From assembly GCA_944384305.1 (NCBI GenBank), contig CALWSW010000002.1, forward strand, positions 1 to 47,466: 47,466 nucleotides of DNA, given 5' to 3'. Source of the stretch: an uncultured Christensenellaceae bacterium (GTDB taxonomy: Bacteria; Bacillota; Clostridia; Christensenellales; CALWSW01). Of the stretch, positions 32,762-41,426 are shown piece by piece; position 1 is the stretch's first letter, and every line of letters begins with the position of its first letter. The notes under the pieces were generated by a model. The model ran no database searches. It was not told the DNA's origin and saw nothing but the letters and a program-made list of their open reading frames with translations. Position numbers and translations under genes: made by a program.

Positions 32762-33452
32762 ATCACTATGCCGGACAGCAAAAAACAATGCAGAACACTG
32801 AATTTTTTGGATGCCTTACCGCCAGACTTGCCTGTAAAACGATGACAATCGGCCAGTTTTTAACTTTCTGGTCATCGCTACCAACCACGTTGTACAGAAT
32901 GAGCAATTTTAGACAACCATCTCCAGTATTGTCCACATGTTGGGTTTGGCCGTGACCATTGATGAAAAGAGGTCATCCAAGGTTATGCGAAACGCTTGAA
33001 ACGACATCAATCGGATTAGCGTTGCCATTTTGCGGAAGCTTTCGGTTATTTATAAGCAAGTAGAAGAATACTGCGGGTAGATTCTTGACGCCATCGTAGG
33101 CCGGATCGGGTGAAGCACTACAAAGTAAAAAAATGGTTCTGGCGGTTACCCATGATGTACAGAGGAAATATGTTGGGCTCGTGGGAAAGACGGAAGAGGA
33201 GATGAAGATACCGAAAACGGTTCGTAAGGGAAGTAACCACCCGTGTCAAACACAAAACCTGAGTTTTATGCCTTTGCCGTTACGCCTAAAACAAGATATT
33301 AGAAATGTTTAAAGTGGAGCAAGAGGATGACTTTTTCCACTTGTGCTTTATGTGGAAGGTTACTGAGAAAGGATTTATTCTGGCAGCGCTGGCGAGGGAA
33401 CTGTGCCGGGAACTGCGCAATGGGCAGGGGTATAACGGCACCGGAAACAGCG

Positions 33453-33496
33453 AAAAAAAGGAAGGGCCTGCCTGTGTGCGGGCCCTTCCTTTTTTG
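33453..33496. terminator. bidirectional terminator (serves the DUF362 gene on the minus strand)
   Basis: AAGGAAGGGCC-tgcctgtgtgc-GGGCCCTTCCTT is flanked by AAAAAAA and TTTTT. Confidence 0.75.
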
Positions 33497-33530
33497 GTAG
33501 AGAATGGAACTGTGCAGTGAAGAGCAGGCG

Positions 33531-34655
33531 TTACTTCACCTGAACCAGCTCGTATTCCGTTTGACCCAGGCCGATCTTCACGCCGTGCTCAATGGCCGAC
33601 TTCCAGTTGGTGTCGGGCGAAACGGCGGCAAAGTGGTCGTGGCAGCAGGGGGCGTTTTCGTGGGCGGCTGCGCTGGCGAGCAGGCTGCCGGCGATGGGCG
33701 GCTGGGCGTTGACGGCGTCGGCGCAGGCCACGTCCAGGGCCACGGGGTCGAAGGAGGCGAACATGCCCACGTCGGGAACGATGGCGATGTCGTTGCCGCT
33801 GTGGCAGTCGCAGAAGGGCGAAACGTCGATGACGAGCGAGATGTGGAAAGCCGGGCGGTTCTGCACGACGGCCTTGGTGTACTCGGCGATCTTGCAGTTC
33901 ATAATGTCGTTGGCCTCGTCGTTGTGGGTGGCAATGGCGTCCTTGGGGCAGACGCCGATGCACCGGCCGCAGCCCACGCAGCGGCTCTCGTCGATGGTGC
34001 ACTTGCCGTTTTTAACGATGGGCGCGCCGTGGGCACATTCCCTGGCGCACATACCGCAGCCCACGCACAGGTCCTGCTTGACGTAAGGCTTGCCGGCGTT
34101 GTGCATTTCCATTTTGCCGGCGCGCGAGCCGCCGCCCATGCCGAGGTTTTTGAGCGCGCCGCCAAAGCCCGCCATTTCGTGGCCCTTGAAGTGGGTGAGG
34201 GAAATGACGATGTCGGCGTCCATCAGCGCGCGGCCGATCTTGGCTTCCTTTACGTACTCGCCGCCCTCTACCGGCACGGCCAGGTCGTCGGTGCCCTTCA
34301 GGCCGTCGGCAATGATGGTCTGCACACCGGTCTGGAAGGGGTTAAAGCCGTTCTGGTAAGCGCTTTCCAGGTGCTCCAGGGCGTTCTTGCGGCGGCCGAC
34401 GTAAAGGGTGTTGCAGTCGGTCAAAAAGGGGCGGCCGCCCAGGCGCTTGACGTAATCGCACACCACCCTGGCGTACTGCGGGCGCAAATAGGCGAGGTTG
34501 CCGGGTTCGCCAAAGTGCATTTTGACGGCGACAAAGCGGTCGGTAAAGTCGATGCTTTCAAAGCCGGCGGCCTTCATTAAGCGTTCGAGCTTTTTGAGCA
34601 GGTTGTCGTGGCTGCCGATGTGCATATCGGCAAAGTAGACTTTGGATGCGCTCAT
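33531..34655 (-). CDS. DUF362 domain protein with an inserted 2x[4Fe-4S] ferredoxin module
   Basis: The protein begins MSASKVYFADM and contains ...FVAVKMHFGEPGN...FLTDCNTLY. Two cluster motifs are present: CVGCGMCARECAHGA and CVGCGRCIGVCPKDA. Confidence 0.85.
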   Translation of the reverse strand: MSASKVYFADMHIGSHDNLLKKLERLMKAAGFESIDFTDRFVAVKMHFGEPGNLAYLRPQYARVVCDYVKRLGGRPFLTDCNTLYVGRRKNALEHLESAYQNGFNPFQTGVQTIIADGLKGTDDLAVPVEGGEYVKEAKIGRALMDADIVISLTHFKGHEMAGFGGALKNLGMGGGSRAGKMEMHNAGKPYVKQDLCVGCGMCARECAHGAPIVKNGKCTIDESRCVGCGRCIGVCPKDAIATHNDEANDIMNCKIAEYTKAVVQNRPAFHISLVIDVSPFCDCHSGNDIAIVPDVGMFASFDPVALDVACADAVNAQPPIAGSLLASAAAHENAPCCHDHFAAVSPDTNWKSAIEHGVKIGLGQTEYELVQVK

Positions 34656-34696
34656 GGTTGTTCCTCCGTAAACATGAAAATGGGGCTATGGTCACG

Positions 34697-34738
34697 CGGC
34701 CGTTTTGCTGCGGGCTGCTTCCCGCAGCAAAACGGCCG
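34697..34738 (-). terminator. perfect 18-bp hairpin abutting the rqcH stop
   Basis: CGGCCGTTTTGCTGCGGG-ctgctt-CCCGCAGCAAAACGGCCG has no clear U-tract on the minus strand. It lies 42 nt upstream of the DUF362 start. Confidence 0.45.
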
Positions 34739-36484
34739 TCAGTTTACCTGGCGGAGTTTTTTAACGGCTTCCTCGGTGGGGGTGACGTAAAGCGTGCGAT
34801 TGGTGGAAAAAATAACGAATCCTGGGCGGGAGCCGGCGGGCTTTTTGACGAACCTGCGCGGCGTGTAGTCCACCGGCACCTGCGCGCTGTTTTTGGCCTG
34901 GGAATCCCACGCCGCCAGCAGCGCCGCCTCTAAAAGCGTTTGTTCTGTGGGGTTGCCGCTTTTTACAATGACGTGCGAGCCGGGGATGTTCTTGGTGTGC
35001 AGCCAGTAGTCGCCGGGCGCGGCGTCGCGCAGGGTCAGACGGTCGTTTTGCAGGTTGTTCTTGCCCACGTAAATGTCGGTGCCGTCGCTTGCAAGGTAGT
35101 GCCAGGGCTTGCTTTCGGCAATTTTGGGCGGGCGTTTGCGGCCACGCTCGGGGCGCACGTACCCTTCGCGGATGAGTTCTTCCCGCACCTCCAAAAGCTC
35201 GTTGTCTTCCGTGCAGTTGTTGAGGTTCTCAAGCTGCCCTTCCAGGTAATCGAGCTCGGAACGGATCTCTTTGATGCGCGCGCCGGCCATACTGTAGGCG
35301 GCGCTCTGTTTGGCGTATTTTTTGTAGTACTTTTGGGCGTTTTGGGCGGGGGAGAGCGCCGGGTCCATGGGAATGTCCACCGTGGCGCCCGCTTCGTCGT
35401 AGTAATTGACCACGCGCGCAACTCTTGCGCCCTTGGGCAGGGCGTGGGCGTTTGCCGTCAAAAGCTCGCCGAACAGGCGGTTTTCTTCCATTTTGGCGGA
35501 GCTTTGCAGAATGTCCTGCTGCAGGGCGAGGTTTTTGCGGCAGCGCTCGATGTTGTTTTGCAGCACGCGGTTCAAAGCGTGGCCCTTGCGCCGGGTGAGC
35601 TCGGCCTTTTCCCGCAGGCCGTAGTATTCGTCCAGCATGGCGCCGGTGGAATCAAAATGCTTCTTGGCGCTCTCGCTGACGGAAATGGGGCTGTAGGCAA
35701 AGTAGCCCACCGGGTTGCCCACAGGGTCGAGGGTGAGCGTGGGGGCAAAGCGGCCGGCGCGCACATCTTCAAAGAAAGCGGCGATGCGCTTGACGCAGAG
35801 CGCCTTGCGCGCGCCGTCGAGCGCGCCATACGAGAGTTCGGCGCTCTGCGCGGCGCGCAGGGCGATCTCTTCGGCCGCGGCGGGCGAAAGGCCGGACCAC
35901 AAAGAAAGGAGGGTGCGGCCGAGCTTGCCTTCGGGGTGCGCTTCGAGCGCGGCGCGGATGGAGCTTTCGTCCGCCTCGCGGGGGTCGGCTTTGTCCTGCT
36001 TGGGGGGCGGCGCGTAGGGCACCCCGGGCATGAGCACGCGCACGCTCGAAATGGAGGGCGTGACGTGGCGGATGGAATCGATGACCACGCCGTTTTTGAC
36101 CAGCACGATGTTGGAGTGCTTGCCCATGATCTCGGCGATGAGAAAGTAGGAAGCGGGCTCGCCAAAGTCGTCGGCCGCGGCGATCTCGATCTCCAGCACG
36201 CGGTCAAAGTGGGGCTGCGAAAACCCTGCGATGCGCCCGTTTTGGATGTACTTGCGCAGCAGCATACAGAACATGGGCGGTTCGGCGGGGTTCTGGCGTG
36301 AGACTTTGGTGAGCTGCGCGCGGCAGTTGGCCGCGTGGGAAGAGAGCAGCAGGCGGTGGCTGCCCCGCAGGGCGAGGATCAGCTCGTCGCGCTCGGGCTG
36401 GTAGATTTTTTCTATGCGGGCGCCCAAAAGCTGGCCTTCCATTTCGCGGATGGAAGAAGCGAGAGTCAGGCCGTCCATTGCCAT
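34739..36484 (-). CDS. rqcH: ribosome quality-control NFACT-family protein (RqcH / FbpA-like)
   Basis: The track ORF is trimmed to the ATG at 36484. The protein begins MAMDGLTLASSIREMEGQLLGARIEKIYQPERDELIL and contains ...PPMFCMLLRKYI. The C-terminal NFACT-R is ...YVGKNNLQNDRLT...DYWLHTKNIPGSHVIV. Confidence 0.88.
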   Translation of the reverse strand: MAMDGLTLASSIREMEGQLLGARIEKIYQPERDELILALRGSHRLLLSSHAANCRAQLTKVSRQNPAEPPMFCMLLRKYIQNGRIAGFSQPHFDRVLEIEIAAADDFGEPASYFLIAEIMGKHSNIVLVKNGVVIDSIRHVTPSISSVRVLMPGVPYAPPPKQDKADPREADESSIRAALEAHPEGKLGRTLLSLWSGLSPAAAEEIALRAAQSAELSYGALDGARKALCVKRIAAFFEDVRAGRFAPTLTLDPVGNPVGYFAYSPISVSESAKKHFDSTGAMLDEYYGLREKAELTRRKGHALNRVLQNNIERCRKNLALQQDILQSSAKMEENRLFGELLTANAHALPKGARVARVVNYYDEAGATVDIPMDPALSPAQNAQKYYKKYAKQSAAYSMAGARIKEIRSELDYLEGQLENLNNCTEDNELLEVREELIREGYVRPERGRKRPPKIAESKPWHYLASDGTDIYVGKNNLQNDRLTLRDAAPGDYWLHTKNIPGSHVIVKSGNPTEQTLLEAALLAAWDSQAKNSAQVPVDYTPRRFVKKPAGSRPGFVIFSTNRTLYVTPTEEAVKKLRQVN

Positions 36485-36696
36485 GATCGTTACCTCGTAA
36501 TATCTTAGCCAAAGCAAAGGCGCGCCTTTTCGTACTGCACGCCCCGCCGGCCACATAAAATGAAAAAAACAAACGGCCGGCGTTCCTTTAAAAGTGCTCC
36601 TGGGCAAAGGGAAAGCGCCGGGGAACGCACAGGGCCCAATGGAAGGGCAAGGCCCCTTTCTTGGAAACTAATTTATTATAACAGATGGAGGACGCC

Positions 36697-37626
36697 ATGA
36701 AAACAAGATTTGCCGCGCTGCTTTTTTGCGTTTTGTTTGGCCTTGCGGCCTGCGGAGCGCCCGACGCCCCCGCCGCCGCGCAGCCGGAAAGGGCGCTGCG
36801 CGACACCGTGCTTTACTACGCCGACGAAAACGGACTGATGGTGCCGGTGGTGCGCGCCATTCCCTGGGAAGAAGGCATTGGCAAAGCGGCGCTCAGGTGC
36901 TTGGTGGACAGCGAGGCGAACAGGGCTTTTGCCGCCTCGTGCGGGCTCGTGCCCACCCTGCCCGAAGGCACGCAGATCGATCTGCGCATTGTGGAAGGGG
37001 AGGCGCGCGTTGACCTTGCGGGCATGGAAGCGCCAGTGAGCGCCGCGGCCGAGCGGAACCTGGTGACCTCGGTGGTCAACACCATGATGGAGTTCCCTAC
37101 CGTCGATTCGGTGCGCATTTTGATCGACGGGAAGGAAGCAAAAGCCCTTCCGAACGGCACGGATGTTTCGGCGGCCTTTGGCAGGCTCCCCCTCAACGCA
37201 GAGATCGCGCCCGCCGCGGCAAACAGCGGGGAAGGGGCGGCCGTTACGCTGTACTTCCCCAATTACGAAAGCAGCCTGGTGGTGCCGGTGGAACGGGCGG
37301 TGGAAGGGGAGGTCACGCTGGCAGGGGCGCTCAATGAGCTGCTGAAGGGCCCGGCGCAGACCGACGCGCTGCGCGCCTGCTTCCCCGAAGGCACACGGCT
37401 TTTGAGCGTTACGGCCGAGGGGGGCGTGGCAAAAATAGAGCTTTCTGCCGAGGCCGAAAACCTGTTGGAACACCCCAAGCTTTCCGAGCGGGCGCAGGAG
37501 TGCGCGGCGCTGGTGTGCGCGCAGTTCGGGGTGCCGGCGGCAGTATTGCAGGTAAACGGCACGCCGCTGTTTGAAGCGGGGCCCGTGATGGCAAAGAGCG
37601 GCGCAAACGACCTGACACAGGGCTGA
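36697..37626 (+). CDS. gerM: GerMN-domain lipoprotein (GerM-like)
   Basis: The ATG at 36697 has a GGAGGA Shine-Dalgarno. The signal MKTRFAALLFCVLFGLAACG ends in a lipobox. Two GerMN-like halves are present (...LYYADENGLMVPVVRAI... and ...VTLYFPNYESSLVVPVERAV...). The position upstream of rph-rdgB-ysnB matches B. subtilis. Confidence 0.75.
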   Translation: MKTRFAALLFCVLFGLAACGAPDAPAAAQPERALRDTVLYYADENGLMVPVVRAIPWEEGIGKAALRCLVDSEANRAFAASCGLVPTLPEGTQIDLRIVEGEARVDLAGMEAPVSAAAERNLVTSVVNTMMEFPTVDSVRILIDGKEAKALPNGTDVSAAFGRLPLNAEIAPAAANSGEGAAVTLYFPNYESSLVVPVERAVEGEVTLAGALNELLKGPAQTDALRACFPEGTRLLSVTAEGGVAKIELSAEAENLLEHPKLSERAQECAALVCAQFGVPAAVLQVNGTPLFEAGPVMAKSGANDLTQG

Positions 37627-37657
37627 AGAAGAACGGCCGCCGGCACCCTGCGCGAGG

Positions 37658-37686
37658 TTGACGCGCCCGGCTTGCGGCGGTATGAT
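37658..37686 (+). promoter_or_regulatory. candidate rph operon promoter
   Basis: TTGACG (37658-37663), a 17-nt spacer and TATGAT (37681-37686). Confidence 0.6.
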
Positions 37687-37745
37687 AACAATACTGACAG
37701 AGTAAAAAAGGGGCTTTCCCCTAAAACAAAAGAGGAGGCTTTTTT

Positions 37746-38492
37746 ATGGCTAGAACGGACGGCCGCGCCAACGACGAACTCCGGCCGGTGCGCTTTGAGA
37801 CCAACTACACCATGCACGCACCCGGTTCGGTGCTGGTGGAATTCGGCAGGACCCGCGTGCTTTGCACCGCCATGGTGGAACCGCGCGTGCCGAATTTTTT
37901 GATGGGTTCCGGCAAGGGATGGCTGACGGCGGAATACGCCATGCTGCCCTCTTCCACCAACACCCGCAAGAAGAGGGAGAACTACAAAAACGGGCCGGAC
38001 GGCCGCAGTGTGGAGATCGGCCGGCTGATCGGGCGCTCGCTGCGCGACGCCGTGGATCTTTCGCGCTTTGGCGAGCGCCAGATCATTGTGGACTGCGATG
38101 TTATTCAGGCCGACGGCGGCACCCGCACGGCCGCCATCACCGGCGGTTACGTGGCGGTGGCGCTGGCGCTTTACACCCTCAACTGTGCCGACCGCTGCCT
38201 AAAGCCCCCGGTTTCGGCCGTGAGCTGCGGCGTGGTGGGCGGCGTGCCCATGCTGGACCTTTGCTATGTGGAGGATTCTTCGGCCGAGGCCGACGTCAAC
38301 GTTGTAATGAGCAACGGCGGGTTCATTGAAGTGCAGGGTACGGGGGAAAAGCGCCCGGTGGGCAAAGAAGAGCTGCTCAGCCTTTTGGAGCTGGCCGAAA
38401 AGGGCAACGCTGCATTGAACAAGCTGCAGCAAAAGGCCATTGACGATTGGATGATGGCCCGCCTGAAGGAAGAAATGGCCCGCAAAAAGTGA
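37746..38492 (+). CDS. rph: ribonuclease PH
   Basis: The protein begins MARTDGRANDELRPVRFETNYTMHAPGSVLVEFGRTRVLCTA and contains ...GWLTAEYAMLPSST...DCDVIQADGGTRTAAITG. Confidence 0.95.
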   Translation: MARTDGRANDELRPVRFETNYTMHAPGSVLVEFGRTRVLCTAMVEPRVPNFLMGSGKGWLTAEYAMLPSSTNTRKKRENYKNGPDGRSVEIGRLIGRSLRDAVDLSRFGERQIIVDCDVIQADGGTRTAAITGGYVAVALALYTLNCADRCLKPPVSAVSCGVVGGVPMLDLCYVEDSSAEADVNVVMSNGGFIEVQGTGEKRPVGKEELLSLLELAEKGNAALNKLQQKAIDDWMMARLKEEMARKK

Positions 38493-38543
38493 GGCGCTGC
38501 CTGCGCGGGGCAAACAAAAGAAAAAACAGATAGGGTAACGACT

Positions 38544-39143
38544 ATGAAACTCATCATCGCTTCGAACAACAAAAACAAGATTGCCGAGATCAAAAAGATC
38601 CTTTCGCCCTGGTTTGAGGAGATCCTTTCCATGAGGGAAGCCGGAGTGGAAGCCGAGGTGGAAGAGGACGGCAAAACCTTTGAGGAAAACGCGCTGAAGA
38701 AGGCTTCTGAGATCCAGAAGCTGCTGCCCGGCTGCGCCGTGCTTTCGGACGACTCGGGGCTGGAGGTGGACGCTTTGGGCGGCGAGCCCGGCGTGTATTC
38801 GGCGCGCTACGCCGGCGGCCACGGGGACGATCTGGCCAACAACCAAAAGCTGCTGAAAAATTTGGAAAACACGCCGGACGATGCGCGCACCGCCCGCTTT
38901 GTGTGCGCCGTTGCGCTCGTGCGGGAGGGCAAGGCCCCCATCGTGCTGCGCGGCGAGAGCGAGGGCGTCATTCTGCGCGCGCCGCGCGGAACGGGCGGCT
39001 TTGGCTACGACCCGCTGTTTTACGTGCCGCGCTTTCAAAAGACCTATTCCGAGTTGACGCCTGACGAAAAGAATGCCGACAGCCACCGTGGCCGGGCGCT
39101 CAGGAAGCTCCACGAGGTGCTGCAGGGAGAGACCCGGGCATGA
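38544..39143 (+). CDS. rdgB: dITP/XTP pyrophosphatase (Ham1/RdgB family)
   Basis: The protein begins MKLIIASNNKNKIAEIKKIL and contains ...SDDSGLEVDALGGEPGVYSARY...GFGYDPLF...SHRGRAL. Confidence 0.93.
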   Translation: MKLIIASNNKNKIAEIKKILSPWFEEILSMREAGVEAEVEEDGKTFEENALKKASEIQKLLPGCAVLSDDSGLEVDALGGEPGVYSARYAGGHGDDLANNQKLLKNLENTPDDARTARFVCAVALVREGKAPIVLRGESEGVILRAPRGTGGFGYDPLFYVPRFQKTYSELTPDEKNADSHRGRALRKLHEVLQGETRA

Positions 39144-39637
39144 AGCTGACGCGCATAGGGGTGTTTTCGGACTCTCACGGCAACCTGCGCGCCCTAAAGG
39201 ACGCGTTGGCGGCCGCGGGCCCGCTGGACGCCGCGCTTTTTTTGGGCGATTATTCTTCTGACGCGCGGGTCATCCGCGAAGCCGGTATCCCCCTGGGCGT
39301 GGTGCGGGGCAACAACGACTTCGGTTCCCCCGAAGCCGACGAACTGACGCTGGAGTTCGACGGTGTGCGGGTGTTCTGTACCCACGGCCACCGCTACGGC
39401 GTGTATTTTTCCACCGACCGGCTGTATTACGCCGCCAAGGAAAAGGAGGCGGATGTGGCGCTGTTTGGGCACACCCACCGCCCGCTCTTGGAAAACAACG
39501 GCGGCATGCTCATCGTCAACCCCGGCTCGGTCGCTCTGCCGCGCTTTGGCGAACCGACTTACGCGCTGCTGACCGTTCGGGACGGCAGGGCCAACGCCGA
39601 TATTCAGTATGTGTACCCCAAAAAGCCGAAGAAGTAG
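39140..39637 (+). CDS. YfcE/MJ0936-family metallophosphoesterase (YsnB-like)
   Basis: The protein contains IGVFSDSHGN, GDYSSD, VRGNNDF and HGHRYGV...FGHTHRP. The start overlaps the rdgB stop as ATGA. Confidence 0.88.
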   Translation: MKLTRIGVFSDSHGNLRALKDALAAAGPLDAALFLGDYSSDARVIREAGIPLGVVRGNNDFGSPEADELTLEFDGVRVFCTHGHRYGVYFSTDRLYYAAKEKEADVALFGHTHRPLLENNGGMLIVNPGSVALPRFGEPTYALLTVRDGRANADIQYVYPKKPKK

Positions 39638-39653
39638 CAGAGAAAAAACCGAA

Positions 39654-39857
39654 GGAGCTGCCAAAGAATAGGCTGGTGCCTTATTCGCGGAATTTTCACC
39701 GTTCGCTTGGCCGCTCCTTTTGTTTTTTTAACGAAAGGCAAGAACGCGCCCGGGGCCCCGTGGAGGGGCTTGGACCTGCGAAGCGAACGAGCGTGCCCGG
39801 GGCCCAAAAACTTTTGTGCGCAGCAAGGAAGTTTGGGGTGGGTTTTGAGGGCGGGCA
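39654..39857 (+). repeat. intergenic modular palindromic element, copy C
   Basis: Copy C starts 17 nt after the ysnB-like stop. It opens with GGAGCTGCCAAAGAATAGGCTGGTGCCTTATTCGCGGAATTTTCACCGTTCGCTTGGCCGC, which matches the minus-strand 5' module of copy B. Two GCCCGGGGCCC palindromes follow (39748-39760 and 39795-39805). The element ends with GGGGTGGGTTTTGAGGGCGGGC, which matches the copy B G-run tract. Confidence 0.65.
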
Positions 39858-40024
39858 GCATCTTGACGAAATTGTAAAAACAGGAAGGGGTGGATTTCTA
39901 TCCAGCCCGATTTGTGTTATAGTAAAACAAAGCGGAAGGGCGGGTCTTGCCCGGCCGCAGGGGACTGTGTTCCCGCATCACCTTCCGCAGGGCCGGCCGG
40001 CTTTTGCGGCAAGAGGAGGTCTGT

Positions 40025-41359
40025 ATGAGAAGAACAAGGCGCAGGCTCAGCGTCGGTGCGATCTATCTGGCGGCGTTTTTGGCCGTGGTGATAGCGGCTG
40101 CCGGCTTTGCGCTGTTTTACGGCGGCAACAACATCGAAGGGAGCGCGGCAGACCAGGCCACGCCCCCGGTCACGTCCCCCCTGCCCGAACAGGAGGCGGA
40201 CGTGCTGCTTGTGCCCTACCGCGCGGGCAGCGTGTGGGGGTATAAGTCCAACACGGGCGAGATCAGCATCGAGGCGCAGTTTACCGACGCGCGCGCGTTT
40301 TCCGAAGGATACGCCTTTGTTTCGGTGGCGCAGAACGGCGCTACGGTATACGGTGTGATCGATGCTTCCGGCGCGTGGGTGATCGACCCGCTGTACCAGG
40401 ATGCCGGCGCGTTTTCGGGCGGCCTGGCCCCCGTGAAGTATAACGACCGCTGGGGCTTCATCAACGCCACGGGCGAGTTTGTGGTGGACCCCACGTACGA
40501 GGATGCCGGCAACTTCTGCGACGGTCTGGCGCGGGTATTGAGCAGCGAGGGCTGGGGGTATGTGGATACCGCCGGTGCGCTGGCCGTGGAGAACCAGTAC
40601 GACGAGGCGGGCGATTTTTCGGAAGGCCTGGCCTTTGTGGGCACCGAAGGAACGGGCGGCACGCAGTACTACCTTATTACCAGCCAGAACGAGACCGTTG
40701 CGCCCGTCTCCATTCGCGGCGTGGGTGTATACGCCGAAAACTTTGCGGCGGTACAGAACGCCGACGGCGGCTGGATCTTCCTCAACCGCCGCGGCCAGCA
40801 GGCCTTTGACACTGTTTTTGACGGCGCAGGCAGCTTCTCGGAGGGCCTGGCAGCCGTGCAGGTGGACGGCCTGTGGGGGTATGTGAACACGGAAGGCCAA
40901 ACCGTGATTGAGCCGCAGTTTGCCGCGGCGGGCGCCTTTGCAAATGGCCGCGCGCCGGTTCAGAATGCTGAGGGCTTGTGGGGATACATCGACAACATCG
41001 GCTCTGTGGTGGTGGACTATCAGTACCTTTCGGCCGGGGAGTTCAGCGAAGGCTACGCCGTGGTCACCCGCAATGTGGAGTGCGGGCTGGTGGATGTTTA
41101 CGGCAACTACAAGACCCTGTACCTGCTCGATTCTACCGGCGAGCCGGATGGTGAAGAGCCAGAGGCGCAGCGCACCGGCACGGTGAACGCCAGCAGCCTG
41201 AACGTGCGCGAGAAGCCTTCGACCGACGCGGAGGTGCTCGAGCAGCTCGAGGATGGCGAGACCGTCACCATTTTGGAAGAGGACGGCGACTGGTATTTGA
41301 TCCAGTCGGGCGATACCACCGGCTACGTCAGCGCGGAGTACATCGAGCTTTCGGAGTGA
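40025..41359 (+). CDS. membrane-anchored WG-repeat (KWG/WG_beta_rep) protein with a C-terminal SH3-like domain
   Basis: The track ORF is trimmed to the ATG at 40025, with an AGAGGAGG Shine-Dalgarno. A TM anchor is followed by about 9 repeats of ...(W/Y)G(Y/F)(I/V)(D/N)..G..(V/A)I.P.(F/Y)..A..FS.GLA.V.... The C-terminus GTVNASSLNVREKPSTDAEVLEQLEDGETVTILEEDGDWYLIQSGDTTGYVSAEYI is SH3_3-like. Confidence 0.8.
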   Translation: MRRTRRRLSVGAIYLAAFLAVVIAAAGFALFYGGNNIEGSAADQATPPVTSPLPEQEADVLLVPYRAGSVWGYKSNTGEISIEAQFTDARAFSEGYAFVSVAQNGATVYGVIDASGAWVIDPLYQDAGAFSGGLAPVKYNDRWGFINATGEFVVDPTYEDAGNFCDGLARVLSSEGWGYVDTAGALAVENQYDEAGDFSEGLAFVGTEGTGGTQYYLITSQNETVAPVSIRGVGVYAENFAAVQNADGGWIFLNRRGQQAFDTVFDGAGSFSEGLAAVQVDGLWGYVNTEGQTVIEPQFAAAGAFANGRAPVQNAEGLWGYIDNIGSVVVDYQYLSAGEFSEGYAVVTRNVECGLVDVYGNYKTLYLLDSTGEPDGEEPEAQRTGTVNASSLNVREKPSTDAEVLEQLEDGETVTILEEDGDWYLIQSGDTTGYVSAEYIELSE

Positions 41360-41375
41360 GTACATTTACAGAACA

Positions 41376-41412
41376 AAGGGCGGGCCGGGTCCTCATGCGG
41401 CCCGCCCTTTTT
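41376..41412 (+). terminator. terminator of the WG-repeat gene
   Basis: AAAGGGCGGGCC-gggtcctcatgc-GGCCCGCCCTTT is followed by TT. Confidence 0.7.
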
Positions 41413-41426
41413 ATCGGGAGAATGTA

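Larger units (their letters stand above)
31765..33400. other. AT-rich islet (compositionally foreign DNA)
   Basis: By hand count, line 32281-32340 has 23/60 G+C and line 32461-32520 has 21/60. Line 30001-30060 in pyrK has 44/60. The boundaries are approximate. Confidence 0.75.

Noticed and set aside
33305-33520. A 71-aa plus-strand ORF at the right edge of the islet.
   Set aside because: It runs straight through the bidirectional terminator hairpin (33458-33491), has no RBS and straddles the compositional boundary. It is most likely non-coding.
36485-36696. A possible sigma-E/sporulation-type promoter for gerM in the rqcH/gerM divergent spacer.
   Set aside because: I could not find convincing -35/-10 elements of any sigma class by eye, so no promoter is reported.
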